Virus record (IMG/VR): IMGVR_UViG_3300027754_000072
Direction: 5' to 3' (one strand)
Origin: an uncultured virus (IMG/VR IMGVR_UViG_3300027754_000072)
Lineage: Duplodnaviria > Heunggongvirae > Uroviricota > Caudoviricetes
Length of the DNA stretch: 64,000 nucleotides
Made by a program: the position numbers and the translations under genes. Each line of letters starts with the position of its first letter. Position 1 is the first letter of the stretch. The notes below the pieces were generated by a model. It did no database searches, had not been told where the DNA came from, and saw only the letters and a program-made list of their open reading frames with translations. Shown here in pieces: positions 19,008 to 28,880 of the stretch.

Positions 19008-21014
19008 ATGAAACAGTTAAATTTTAAAAATATAAAAGCAAACAATTTTTTTTGTTTTGGAAACAAAGGAATTGAATTAAATTTTGATAGTTTTCAAAAT
19101 ATAGTTTTTATAAAAGGAATAAACAAAGATATAGTAGATCAGAATGGTAAATTTTCTTCTAATGGTTCAGGAAAGTCTACTATTCCTCAAATTATAACAT
19201 ATTGTTTTTATGGTAAAACAATTAAATCACCTAAGAAAATTAGCCATAAAGATATAATCAACAATAAAAATGGAAAAAAATTAAGTGTAGAAGTAATTTT
19301 TGATAATTATAAAGTTGTAAGAACAAGAAAGCCTGATTCTTTAAGGGTTTGGAAAAGTGATGCTGGAGTTTGGGATGATTCCACGGAAATAACATTAGGA
19401 GGAATGCCTTCTACTCAAGAATTAATCAATAATATCATAGGGCTTTCTTATGAGTCATTTTTAAATGTATGTGTTTTTACAGACGATAATAATTCTTGTT
19501 TTTTAGAATTAGATCATGCTGAAAAAAGAAAAATTGTTGAAAATCTTTTAAATTTAGAAAAGTACAGAGATTATCTAGATACTGCTAAAGAGCTTTCTAA
19601 AACAAATAAAGATAAAATTAAAAGTTTAGCACTGGAATTATCATATATTGAAACTAACAAGAAAAATATTGAATTTAATATTTCTTCAATAAAAGATAAT
19701 ATAAAAAAATATGAAGATAATATTATTAGTTCAATTTTAATAATTGAAAGAAAAATAGAAGCATTTAATAATGAAATAAAAAATTCTTCTTATGAAGAAG
19801 ATCTTAAGGTTTACGAAGACAATCAAGATAAAATAAAAAAAATCGATGTATCTTTAGATGCATTTTTTGTCAAAAAAGAAGAAGTAACTGCAAAAACAAC
19901 AGAAGTATTCAAAATCTACAATGAAAAGCTTACAGAAAAAACTGACTATGAAAGTAAGATGCGAGAATTTTCATTAGAGATTAATACTACAGAAAAAAAC
20001 ATAAACACATTTGATAATAAAATTAATAAGTTTAAAAATCTTGAACCAAATATGATTTGCGATAAGTGTTTTGGAACTATTAAACCAGAAAATTATCAAG
20101 AATTTATTGACAATGCATTAAAAGATAAAAAAATTAGCGAGATTGATTTAATAACCTTAAATAATAATTTTAATGAAGTTAAAATTATTCACGATGAAAT
20201 AATAAAATCAATACAAGAATTGATTGAAAAGCTAAATAAAATTAAATCTTTCTCAACAAAATTAAACGAAGAAGAAAATAAATTAAAAATATTAAAAGCT
20301 TCTTTAATGAATTTTAAAAAACCAGAGCTTACTAATCAAGAACTGATTATTAAAACTCAAATTAAAAATCTTGAACAAGAAAAAGAAGAAAAAAACAAAT
20401 TACTAACTGGTAAAAATCCAAATCAAGATTTATTAGATCAAAATAATATTAAGCTAAATGAATCAGCCGAAGATGATAAAAATACTAGAATTGAAATTCA
20501 AAATCTTGAAACATTGAATTCTTATTATGAATTCTGGTTTGAAGCTTTTGGAGATGAAGGAATTAGGAAACTTGTAGTCAACGAAATTATACCTGCACTT
20601 AATTCAAGGCTTAGTTATTGGCTTCAAATTTTAATCGACAATAAAATTGAAATTAAATTTGACAGTAGTTTAAATGAATTTATTTCTAAATTCCCAGATT
20701 GTGATAAAGAGTTAATTTATGCTGTTCTAAGCAATGGTCAAAAAAGAAGAATTAACTTAGCGGTAAATCAAGCATTTGCTCATGTTATGATGTTAAGTCA
20801 TGGCGTAGCTCCAAATATCATATTTTTAGATGAAGTCACATCTAATATTGATCAAATTGGCGTTCAAGCTATTTATGATATGATTTGCGAGCTTTCTAAA
20901 AGTAAAAAAGTTTTTGTTACAACTCATGATCAAGATTTAATTTCCATGTTAAGTGGTTGTCAGGAAATGGTACTGGAAATGAAAGATGGAGAAAGTTTTT
21001 TAAAATCTATTTGA
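19008..21014 (+). CDS. Rad50/SbcC/gp46-like SMC ATPase
   Basis: NGSGKS Walker A, coiled coil with CDKC zinc hook, LSNGQ signature, FLDE, TTH. Confidence 0.93.
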   Translation: MKQLNFKNIKANNFFCFGNKGIELNFDSFQNIVFIKGINKDIVDQNGKFSSNGSGKSTIPQIITYCFYGKTIKSPKKISHKDIINNKNGKKLSVEVIFDNYKVVRTRKPDSLRVWKSDAGVWDDSTEITLGGMPSTQELINNIIGLSYESFLNVCVFTDDNNSCFLELDHAEKRKIVENLLNLEKYRDYLDTAKELSKTNKDKIKSLALELSYIETNKKNIEFNISSIKDNIKKYEDNIISSILIIERKIEAFNNEIKNSSYEEDLKVYEDNQDKIKKIDVSLDAFFVKKEEVTAKTTEVFKIYNEKLTEKTDYESKMREFSLEINTTEKNINTFDNKINKFKNLEPNMICDKCFGTIKPENYQEFIDNALKDKKISEIDLITLNNNFNEVKIIHDEIIKSIQELIEKLNKIKSFSTKLNEEENKLKILKASLMNFKKPELTNQELIIKTQIKNLEQEKEEKNKLLTGKNPNQDLLDQNNIKLNESAEDDKNTRIEIQNLETLNSYYEFWFEAFGDEGIRKLVVNEIIPALNSRLSYWLQILIDNKIEIKFDSSLNEFISKFPDCDKELIYAVLSNGQKRRINLAVNQAFAHVMMLSHGVAPNIIFLDEVTSNIDQIGVQAIYDMICELSKSKKVFVTTHDQDLISMLSGCQEMVLEMKDGESFLKSI

Positions 21015-21096
21015 TTTTTTATAAAAGTAAATTTAGAATAAAAATTACAAGCATAAATAAGTTCCATGAATTTTAAAGTTTAATTGAAAGGCTGAA

Positions 21097-23340
21097 ATGT
21101 CTCTGAAATCATTATCTGATTATACTTTTGCAAGTCGTTATGCACGATACGATAAAAATCAAAAAAGAAGAGAAACTTGGCATGAAGCGATTGAGCGTGT
21201 TAAAGGCATGCATCTTACAAAATATCCAATGGCAGCAGATGATATTAATTGGGCATTTGAACATGTTCATAATAAAATAGCACTTGGTAGTCAAAGAGCA
21301 TTACAATTTGGTGGTGATCCAATTTTAAAGCGTAATGCAAAAATTTATAATTGCATTAGTTCCTACTGTGATAGATCTAGCTTTTTTCAGGAATGTACTT
21401 GGCTTTTACTTAATGGTTGCGGAACTGGTTTTTCTGTTCAACGACATCATGTTGATAAACTACCAGATTTTCACATTACTAAATCAACTGATTTATCAGA
21501 AGAAAAAATTTATAAAATTGATGATAGCATTGAAGGATGGTCAGATGCTCTTGGGGTGTTAACTGCAAGCTATATTCCGCACTCAGAATTTTCTGATTTT
21601 CATGGTAAAAAAGTAACTTTTGATTATTCTTCTATTAGACCAAAAGGTTCATCTTTGTCGTATGGCGTAGGCAAAGCACCAGGTCATGAGCCACTTGAAA
21701 AAGCTTTAGAAAAAATTCGTGAAGTTTTTAATAAATCTGTTGATTTTGGTAATAAAAAATTAAGAACAATTGATGCATATGACATAATTATGCATGCCTC
21801 TGATGCTGTCCTTAGTGGTGGTGTCCGAAGATCTGCTACTTTGGCCATGTTTAGTGTTGATGATGAATTAATGCTTAATGCTAAAATTGGTAATTGGTAT
21901 TATGAAAATCCACAAAGAGCAAGATCTAACAATAGTGCATTACTATTAAAAAACAGTACAGGAATAGAAGATTATCATCGTTTATTCGAATCTACTAGAC
22001 AATTTGGAGAACCAGGTATTATTTGGAGTCATAGTACTGAACAATTATTTAATCCTTGCGTAGAAATTGGACTTTATGGTTATGATGAGCAAGGCAATTC
22101 TGGATGGCAAGCTTGTAATCTTTGCACTATAAATGGTTCAAAATTAGAAACTAAAGAGAACTTTGCTTTAGCTGCTAAAGTTGCTTCTATCATTGGAACT
22201 TTACAAGCTGGTTATACCGATTTTGGTTATCTTGGTAAGGTAAGTGAATCTATTATAAGAAGAGAAGCCCTTCTTGGTGTTAGCATGACTGGTATTATGG
22301 ATCATCCAAACATTACATTGGATAAAAATAATCTTCGTGAAATGGCAGGTATAGTTCTTCAGACTAATGAAGATGTTGCAAATAAAATTGGAATTAACAT
22401 TGCAGCAAGGGCAACTTGTGTAAAACCAGAAGGAACGGCAAGTTGTTTGCTTGGAACATCTAGTGGAATTCATCCTGCACACGCTAGAAGATATATTCGT
22501 AGAGTTCAAAGTAATGCTACTGAAGTGCCAATTCAACATTTTAAAACTTATAACCGTACTGCTGTTGAAACATCATTATGGAGTGCAAGTGGAACAGATG
22601 AAGTAATTAGTTTTTTAATTGAAATGCCAGAACATGTAATAACAAAAGATAGTATTTCTGCTGTTCAGCTTCTAGAAACGGTTAAATTAGTTCAGGAAAA
22701 TTGGGTTGAAGCTGGTAAAAGGCCAGAAAAGTGTGTGCATCCTTGGATGTCGCATAATGTTAGCAATACAATTAATGTCAAGGAAAGTGAATGGGAAGAT
22801 GTAGAAGCTTTCATTTATGAAAATCGTGAAAGTTTTGCTGGGATTTCTTTATTACCAGCTACTGGTGATCTTGATTATCAGCAAGCTCCATTTACTAAAG
22901 TTCTCACAGTTGATGAAATAGTTGAAAAATATGGAAAAGGTTGTATCTTTGCCTCTGGCTTAATTGTTGATGGACTCCATGCATTTAATAATAATTTATG
23001 GCGAGCTTGTGATGCTGCCTTGGGTGTTTTTGAAGTTCAAGAGCCAAAGGTTCCAGAAAAATTAAATGATGAAATAGTCCAAAAATTACAATTAGAGTGG
23101 GTTAATTGTAATTTGCAAAAAGATTGGGTTCGCAGAGCTAAACAATTTGCAGAAAGACATCTACAGAATAATGTAAAAGAACTTACTTATCTTTTAAAGG
23201 ACATAAATAACAATAAATTATGGGAAGATTTGAGTAGAGTTCACAAGAATGTAGATTATACTGAAATGTACGAAGAAGAAGACAATACCAAACTTATGGA
23301 AGCTATTGCTTGTGCTGGTGGATCTTGTAGTACTTTTTAA
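21097..23340 (+). CDS. nrdJ: Ribonucleotide reductase, probably class II (AdoCbl-dependent)
   Basis: YNC, GCGTGFS, GGVRRSA, NPCVEI, CNL, TCVKPEGTAS, C-terminal CAGGSC; no nrdB/nrdG nearby. Confidence 0.82.
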   Translation: MSLKSLSDYTFASRYARYDKNQKRRETWHEAIERVKGMHLTKYPMAADDINWAFEHVHNKIALGSQRALQFGGDPILKRNAKIYNCISSYCDRSSFFQECTWLLLNGCGTGFSVQRHHVDKLPDFHITKSTDLSEEKIYKIDDSIEGWSDALGVLTASYIPHSEFSDFHGKKVTFDYSSIRPKGSSLSYGVGKAPGHEPLEKALEKIREVFNKSVDFGNKKLRTIDAYDIIMHASDAVLSGGVRRSATLAMFSVDDELMLNAKIGNWYYENPQRARSNNSALLLKNSTGIEDYHRLFESTRQFGEPGIIWSHSTEQLFNPCVEIGLYGYDEQGNSGWQACNLCTINGSKLETKENFALAAKVASIIGTLQAGYTDFGYLGKVSESIIRREALLGVSMTGIMDHPNITLDKNNLREMAGIVLQTNEDVANKIGINIAARATCVKPEGTASCLLGTSSGIHPAHARRYIRRVQSNATEVPIQHFKTYNRTAVETSLWSASGTDEVISFLIEMPEHVITKDSISAVQLLETVKLVQENWVEAGKRPEKCVHPWMSHNVSNTINVKESEWEDVEAFIYENRESFAGISLLPATGDLDYQQAPFTKVLTVDEIVEKYGKGCIFASGLIVDGLHAFNNNLWRACDAALGVFEVQEPKVPEKLNDEIVQKLQLEWVNCNLQKDWVRRAKQFAERHLQNNVKELTYLLKDINNNKLWEDLSRVHKNVDYTEMYEEEDNTKLMEAIACAGGSCSTF

Positions 23341-23367
23341 TTATTTTAAATATAAAAGAGATTATTT

Positions 23368-23841
23368 ATGAAACAGGAATTAGAAGATAAAATATATAAT
23401 TCTTTTCCTGTTTTATTTCCAAATAATCTTGCTTATGGAAATAGTCTTGCTTATGGAATCGAGTGTGAAGATGGTTGGTTTGAATTGATATTCAATCTTT
23501 GTAAGCAATTGGTTGATGAAAAGATTGAAGTAACTCAAATAAAGGAAAAATTTGGCACTCTTAGGTTTTATCATAATTTTGGAAATGATAAAGTTAAAGA
23601 ATTGGTTAGACTTACAGAGATTAAATCTTCTAGCATTTGTGAATTTTGTGGAACAGAAGAAAATGTTAAATTATATTCTGCTGGATGGAATAAAACATTA
23701 TGTGTAAGTCATGCACATCAATTTTACAAAGTAAATTACGCTTGTTTAAATTGTAATTTTAAATTTGATTATGAAGCTGATTTTAAACCATTTCAATGTC
23801 CTAAATGTAGATCAGAAGATTTAAAAGAATTGTTTCAATAA
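23368..23841 (+). CDS. Conserved phage protein with zinc ribbons
   Basis: DGW...QIKEKFGTLRFY...CEFCG family plus C-terminal CLNC/CPKC. Confidence 0.7.
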   Translation: MKQELEDKIYNSFPVLFPNNLAYGNSLAYGIECEDGWFELIFNLCKQLVDEKIEVTQIKEKFGTLRFYHNFGNDKVKELVRLTEIKSSSICEFCGTEENVKLYSAGWNKTLCVSHAHQFYKVNYACLNCNFKFDYEADFKPFQCPKCRSEDLKELFQ

Positions 23842-23848
23842 TTTAAGC

Positions 23849-24376
23849 TTAATTTGATATTTGAAATCTCCACACAGGAACAATAGGTGGTAATAATCCT
23901 TTGTAGAAATTTTCTTCTCCAATTAATTTTTTCAACTCATTGAGTGATTTTCTTTTCTTAATTAATGAAAATCCATCACAAAAAGCATCATCTAATAAAT
24001 CATAGCATTTATAAATCTGTTCTGATTCTATTAATGCATTTGAATAAAAAATTATTGTATCTTGATTTCCATTTTCCATTTTAGATTTACAGTTAGATTG
24101 ATATAATCTATTAAATTCAAGCATTTGTATTGTACAGCATCTGCCAATGTAACCAAAATGATATGCATGGCATAAATTAGGATAATTGTTTTCTTTAGCC
24201 TCTTTATATTCTTTTAAAAATGTTTTTATTGTACAGCAATTATCATGTGTATTTTTATTATCAAGTGGCATTCTCAATTCATGCTTAACATGAAGTTCAA
24301 AAACATACTCTTCAAGTTTTTTTTCTTGAATGAATAAATTAAATTTAATAATTGCAAACAAAACAAAGCTTGTCAT
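23849..24376 (-). CDS. Hypothetical protein
   Basis: 175 aa ORF. Confidence 0.6.
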   Translation of the reverse strand: MTSFVLFAIIKFNLFIQEKKLEEYVFELHVKHELRMPLDNKNTHDNCCTIKTFLKEYKEAKENNYPNLCHAYHFGYIGRCCTIQMLEFNRLYQSNCKSKMENGNQDTIIFYSNALIESEQIYKCYDLLDDAFCDGFSLIKKRKSLNELKKLIGEENFYKGLLPPIVPVWRFQISN

Positions 24377-24512
24377 ATTTTATATAATATTTTATATAAT
24401 AATTAATAAAAAATACTTGTGAAAATTAAATTAAAACATTGCATTTTTTATAATTATGTTTAAAATTGTATTTTGATTTTATTGAAAATTAACTTTTACT
24501 TTATTGGTAAAA

Positions 24513-25091
24513 ATGGTATATTCTGAAGCCTGTGATGAAATTTTAGCAATTAAGTTAAGTTGTGGAGACAACATAGCATTTGAAGTTATTTATCAAAGAT
24601 ATTATTCTTCTGCTTATAATATATTTTTAAAAAGATTATCAAATAAAGAATCGGCAGAAGATGCAACTCATGATCTTTTTGTTAAACTAAGATGTAAAAT
24701 AAAGACCTTTGATAAAGTAAGATGTTTTAAGGCTTGGTTTTTAATAGTAGCTAAAAGATTTGCAATTGACATTTTAAGAAGAAGAAAAAATGAAATAAGC
24801 TTAGATGTTTTCAATGCTTATAATAGCAGAGAGTGTTACCTTGAAGGGCTAAGTTACAATGAAGATTTGTTAGAAAAAATTACAATAGAAGAAAATGTTA
24901 ATATTGTAAAAAAAGTATTTAATCAAATGTCAGATATACAAAGAAAAGTATTAATTTATTATTATTTTGATGATTTATCTTGTGAAGAAATAGCAACATT
25001 GATGAATACACCTATTGGCACTGTAAAATCAAGGATTTCTAGAGCTTTGAAATTATTCAAGGAATTCTTTGAGAACATTAAAGGAGTTTGA
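24513..25091 (+). CDS. ECF-type sigma-70 factor
   Basis: GDNIAFEVIYQRY, AEDATHDLF, FKAWF region 2; LSCEEIATLMNTPIGTVKSRISRA region 4. Confidence 0.92.
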   Translation: MVYSEACDEILAIKLSCGDNIAFEVIYQRYYSSAYNIFLKRLSNKESAEDATHDLFVKLRCKIKTFDKVRCFKAWFLIVAKRFAIDILRRRKNEISLDVFNAYNSRECYLEGLSYNEDLLEKITIEENVNIVKKVFNQMSDIQRKVLIYYYFDDLSCEEIATLMNTPIGTVKSRISRALKLFKEFFENIKGV

Positions 25092-25306
25092 CATTGAATG
25101 GATTTTGTTTTTTTGGAAATTTATCAAGTAAATTATTTTGGGAAGTTCAAGTTCTTTCTAGGATAAGGAAATTTAAAGACGGCATTACATTTATGAAAAT
25201 AAATTTAAACTATGATAGTTATGAATGTGAACATAATCCTTGTTTTATTTTTGAACTTACAGTATTTAATGTTTACAATCATTTTATTATTTTTAGTAAA
25301 AACTAA
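25088..25306 (+). CDS. Hypothetical protein
   Basis: TTG start after aggag RBS. Confidence 0.55.
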   Translation: MTLNGFCFFGNLSSKLFWEVQVLSRIRKFKDGITFMKINLNYDSYECEHNPCFIFELTVFNVYNHFIIFSKN

Positions 25307-25315
25307 GGAGTTGTA

Positions 25316-25747
25316 ATGAGTACTAAATCTTCTTTGTATTATTCTGATGAAATGCATCTTTTTATAGAATCTTTTTCAGACAATTCAATATTTTTAAAAC
25401 TTAATAAAAAAGATTTAAAATTAAAATTAGAATTCCCATTGTTAGATTTTTTAAAAATGGCAAAAACATTTGACTTTAAAGAATTTGAAAAACAAGCTCT
25501 TTTGACAGATAAACAAATTAAAGATTATTGTGAATCAAAAATAGAAAAAAGATTAAGTGAAGAAGGTTATTTTCCAATGCTTGGATTTATGGTTTATGGC
25601 GACAGTAGTTCTCCTAGAGAAGAGCAAATACAAAAAGGATTTGATTATTATTCTAAAAAAAGAGATGAATTAAGAAAATGGTTTGATGAATTTAACAAAA
25701 TTAGTGTTAATAAATTGCATTTTGGATTAGAAAGTATTTCTGATTGA
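25316..25747 (+). CDS. Hypothetical protein
   Basis: ATG after aggag RBS; 143 aa. Confidence 0.7.
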   Translation: MSTKSSLYYSDEMHLFIESFSDNSIFLKLNKKDLKLKLEFPLLDFLKMAKTFDFKEFEKQALLTDKQIKDYCESKIEKRLSEEGYFPMLGFMVYGDSSSPREEQIQKGFDYYSKKRDELRKWFDEFNKISVNKLHFGLESISD

Positions 25748-25791
25748 TTCTGCAAGCCATTGGAAGATATTGTTAATTGATATGTTTGAAA

Positions 25792-26940
25792 TTAAAATAT
25801 AGTTGCCAATAGTACTTTAGGGCGAACACCTAGTACCTTGGATATCGACAAACGGGTATTTCCTGCTACGCAATAAGGAATCCCATTGTAAATTAATACC
25901 ATTGGTGCTGGAAGAGTTTCGCCTTCTTTTATTCTTGTTATAATACGATCTACATCTTTGCCATCTTTCTTCAATGTTTCTATTTTTTCCATGCTAATAT
26001 TTGGATTGTTTGAATCAGTGTTTTGCATATTCAACCAATTAGTATCGTCAAGGGTGGTTATTTTTGCTCTTACGAAAGCTAGCTTGACAGTTTTTTCATC
26101 AATATTTAAATCTTTAGCTTGTCTTACCATCTCTTCTCTTTCTTCGTACAAATCAGGTTTAGCCCATTTAGGTCGGAATGCTTGAAAAGGATTTAGAACA
26201 CTTGATTCTAAAAACCAATCCTTAAAAGAAAAGCTTTCGCTTGTATATTTTAGTTGGTGTCTTTGTGTAGTTGAAAGTCCTTCTGGAGTAGAAGCCTGTG
26301 GAATATACATAGATGCTTTTGTTTTTGGTGCAGTAGCGGTTTTTAAAATTTGACCTTCTTCTAATTCTCCAAGCGTATAACTTCTAGATTGATTTGTTTT
26401 GTAAGAGAAAACTTCAAGTTCTTGTTCTTTCAATTCATTTTCGTCTAAGACATCTAGAACATCCATGTCTTGTGCTATATCATACGCTGCATTAACAACT
26501 TTCTTAGCTGTTTCTTGATTAAATTCCCATACTTCAAAATTATTTTGTCTAATGATAATGTATCCTAAATATTTGCATCCATATTTTCTAGAATCTCCAT
26601 GTAATGCTTGCATGGCTTCTGTTAATTTTGGATTAGAAACCAATTGAGATTTAATATCTTTAATGCTATCGTAAAGACTATAAATATTATCTGGGTCATA
26701 ATCTTCTTGACGAATATTTCTTTCAACTTTCATTTTGTTTATTTCTAATTCTCGAAGAAGGTCTTCTGATATTTCTGATGTTTCTATTAAGCCTTCTGCA
26801 ACATCAACTAGTTCTTCTGCATATGTTCCGCAAATTGCTTGCATGATATGTGCTTCATGACCCATATCACTTATATCACCATCAGCACCTATTAAAGTGT
26901 AGCCATCATAAATATATTCACCCATTAAAAAGTCAGTCAT
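25792..26940 (-). CDS. Modular protein: shared N-terminal domain, internal capsid-targeting-like peptide, C-terminal ParB-like domain
   Basis: Paralogous to 26966-28414 up to YTSESFSFKDWFLE; C-terminal LPAPMVL...CVAGNTRLS. Confidence 0.65.
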   Translation of the reverse strand: MTDFLMGEYIYDGYTLIGADGDISDMGHEAHIMQAICGTYAEELVDVAEGLIETSEISEDLLRELEINKMKVERNIRQEDYDPDNIYSLYDSIKDIKSQLVSNPKLTEAMQALHGDSRKYGCKYLGYIIIRQNNFEVWEFNQETAKKVVNAAYDIAQDMDVLDVLDENELKEQELEVFSYKTNQSRSYTLGELEEGQILKTATAPKTKASMYIPQASTPEGLSTTQRHQLKYTSESFSFKDWFLESSVLNPFQAFRPKWAKPDLYEEREEMVRQAKDLNIDEKTVKLAFVRAKITTLDDTNWLNMQNTDSNNPNISMEKIETLKKDGKDVDRIITRIKEGETLPAPMVLIYNGIPYCVAGNTRLSISKVLGVRPKVLLATIF

Positions 26941-26965
26941 AATTAATCCTTATTCAAAGTGCTTA

Positions 26966-28414
26966 TCATTTATGTATTTTCTTTGTATCTGTAGAAAATG
27001 TTCCTTTGTTTTTAATTGATTTCAATTGTTTTGGATCAAAAACTATGGCGTTAAATGTTCCATCTTTATCTTTTAAAATAACGCCATCGTATCTATCTCT
27101 AATCAATTCATCGATGCCTTTTTTATCATATTCATCCCACCCAGCAGGATTTTGTATAGATGCATAAAGTTCAAAAACGGCACCACTAACACCAGCACCA
27201 GTTTCATTTTTATCAGCAGCGTTTTTATCTGATGTCACCCAAATTATTCCGCCCATAGCAGATTTCTTAGAATCAAATCCAAATTTCTTTATTTTTTCTG
27301 CTGCTTCTTTGCTTGTCTGATGATAAACAACAATTGGATTTCCTTCTGAGTCTATTACTTTGGAATTTTTAAACCAATTTTTAAAATCAGGATTTTCAAT
27401 TATGGAGTTTTCTAACCATATTTTAAAAGAAAAACTTTCGCTTGTGTATCGCAATTGGTGTCTTTGTGTAGTTGAAAGTCCTTCTGGAGTAGAAGCCTGT
27501 GGAATGAAATGATTTGATTTACCTTGACTTATTGTAGGTGTTACATATAATTTTTTATCTCTTAATTGCTCAATAGTATATTCACTGCCTTTATTGGTTT
27601 TATATGAAGTAATTCCTATAGTTTGCTCATCTTCTCTGCTTCTGTCTTCTCTGTTTTTTTCCATAATTTTTTCTGCTGCATCTACAATCTTATTTGCAGT
27701 ATCTTGATTGAGTTCCCACACTTCAAAGAAAGGCCCTCTAATAATAATAAATCCTAAAGATTTACATCCATATTTTCTGACATCTCCATGTGATAATGCT
27801 TGCATGGCTTCTGTTAGTTTTTGATCAGAAACTAATTGCGGATTAATATCTTTAATAGCATTATAAAGGGTGCCAATATTAGTAATTTCTTTTTCTCCAA
27901 TATTATCATCTTCAATATAATCTGGAAGATTTTTAATTTTATATTTATATCTCTTTAATTCCTCTAATTTTTCTTCTAATTCTTCATCTATTTCTTCTGG
28001 TTTTTTTGATTCAATTTGTTTAATTAATTTTTCTGCAATATTTACTAATTCTTCTCTATGATTTAAAAAAATTGCTGCTTCTATCGTTTCTTCATGAGTT
28101 TTTACATCTGCTTCTGTTAATTCTCCGTGATCATAAATCCATTCACCTTTTAAAAGATCTACTTCTTCCTTGTCTTCAAATGGTGGCTCAATTATTTCAA
28201 GTTGTTCTTTCCACCAATTTAATTCTGCTTCAACATTATTTACTTTAGTTTGTTCTAAAAGAGATTTGATCCATATCATAGATTGTTCAATTTTAAATTT
28301 TTCTATTTCTTCCCATCCCAACCCATCTAAATTATTTATTATGTTGTGAAATGCTATAATAAAATCTTTTGGTATTTCTTTATTTATAAATTTGATAACT
28401 GCGTCTTTGTCCAT
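26966..28414 (-). CDS. Modular protein: shared domain, internal capsid-targeting-like peptide, C-terminal ADP-ribosyltransferase-like (ART-PolyVal-like) domain
   Basis: FKNWFKNSKVIDSEGNPIVVYHQTS...IWVTSD...ELYASIQNP...YDGVI...IVFDPKQLKS. Confidence 0.65.
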   Translation of the reverse strand: MDKDAVIKFINKEIPKDFIIAFHNIINNLDGLGWEEIEKFKIEQSMIWIKSLLEQTKVNNVEAELNWWKEQLEIIEPPFEDKEEVDLLKGEWIYDHGELTEADVKTHEETIEAAIFLNHREELVNIAEKLIKQIESKKPEEIDEELEEKLEELKRYKYKIKNLPDYIEDDNIGEKEITNIGTLYNAIKDINPQLVSDQKLTEAMQALSHGDVRKYGCKSLGFIIIRGPFFEVWELNQDTANKIVDAAEKIMEKNREDRSREDEQTIGITSYKTNKGSEYTIEQLRDKKLYVTPTISQGKSNHFIPQASTPEGLSTTQRHQLRYTSESFSFKIWLENSIIENPDFKNWFKNSKVIDSEGNPIVVYHQTSKEAAEKIKKFGFDSKKSAMGGIIWVTSDKNAADKNETGAGVSGAVFELYASIQNPAGWDEYDKKGIDELIRDRYDGVILKDKDGTFNAIVFDPKQLKSIKNKGTFSTDTKKIHK

Positions 28415-28519
28415 ATTATTTTCTTATATTTTTCTGGAATAGTTTCTATTTTCTAACCATATTTTAAAGTTCATAAAATATATATTGATTTTTTTTCATT
28501 ATTAGATTATTTTTATCAT

Positions 28520-28702
28520 ATGGATAAAATAAAAAAAGAAGAAAAAGTTTGTTATAATTGCGAATATATTCTTGGACAAAGTGATATTTCTTTTGGGTTG
28601 AGATGTAAACACCCAGAAAACCAAAAAGAAGAAATGTTACCTATTGTTCCAAGTCCAATGCATAATTGCAAACATTTTAAAAATAAACTTACAGGGGAAT
28701 AG
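28520..28702 (+). CDS. Small 4-Cys protein
   Basis: KVCYNC...GLRC...NCKHF. Confidence 0.65.
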   Translation: MDKIKKEEKVCYNCEYILGQSDISFGLRCKHPENQKEEMLPIVPSPMHNCKHFKNKLTGE

Positions 28703-28703
28703 T

Positions 28704-28880
28704 ATGTTTAATTTAGAAATAAAGCCAGAAGACAAAGTTTGTTATAATTGTAAGTTTTTATTTTGGGGTGTTGGAATAGGGATGGGGATAAGATGTAACA
28801 ATGAAAATAATAGAAAAGGTCAAGAATTACCGCCTATAACACATAGTAAAAGCACTTGTAATTTATTTTTGCAGAAGTGA
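28704..28880 (+). CDS. Small 4-Cys protein, paralog of the preceding gene
   Basis: KVCYNC...GIRC...TCNLF; ATG after ggggaa. Confidence 0.65.
   Translation: MFNLEIKPEDKVCYNCKFLFWGVGIGMGIRCNNENNRKGQELPPITHSKSTCNLFLQK

Noticed and set aside
21015..21096. Cobalamin riboswitch upstream of the class II-type RNR
   Set aside because: The gap is only about 80 nt, very AT-rich, and lacks a B12-box.
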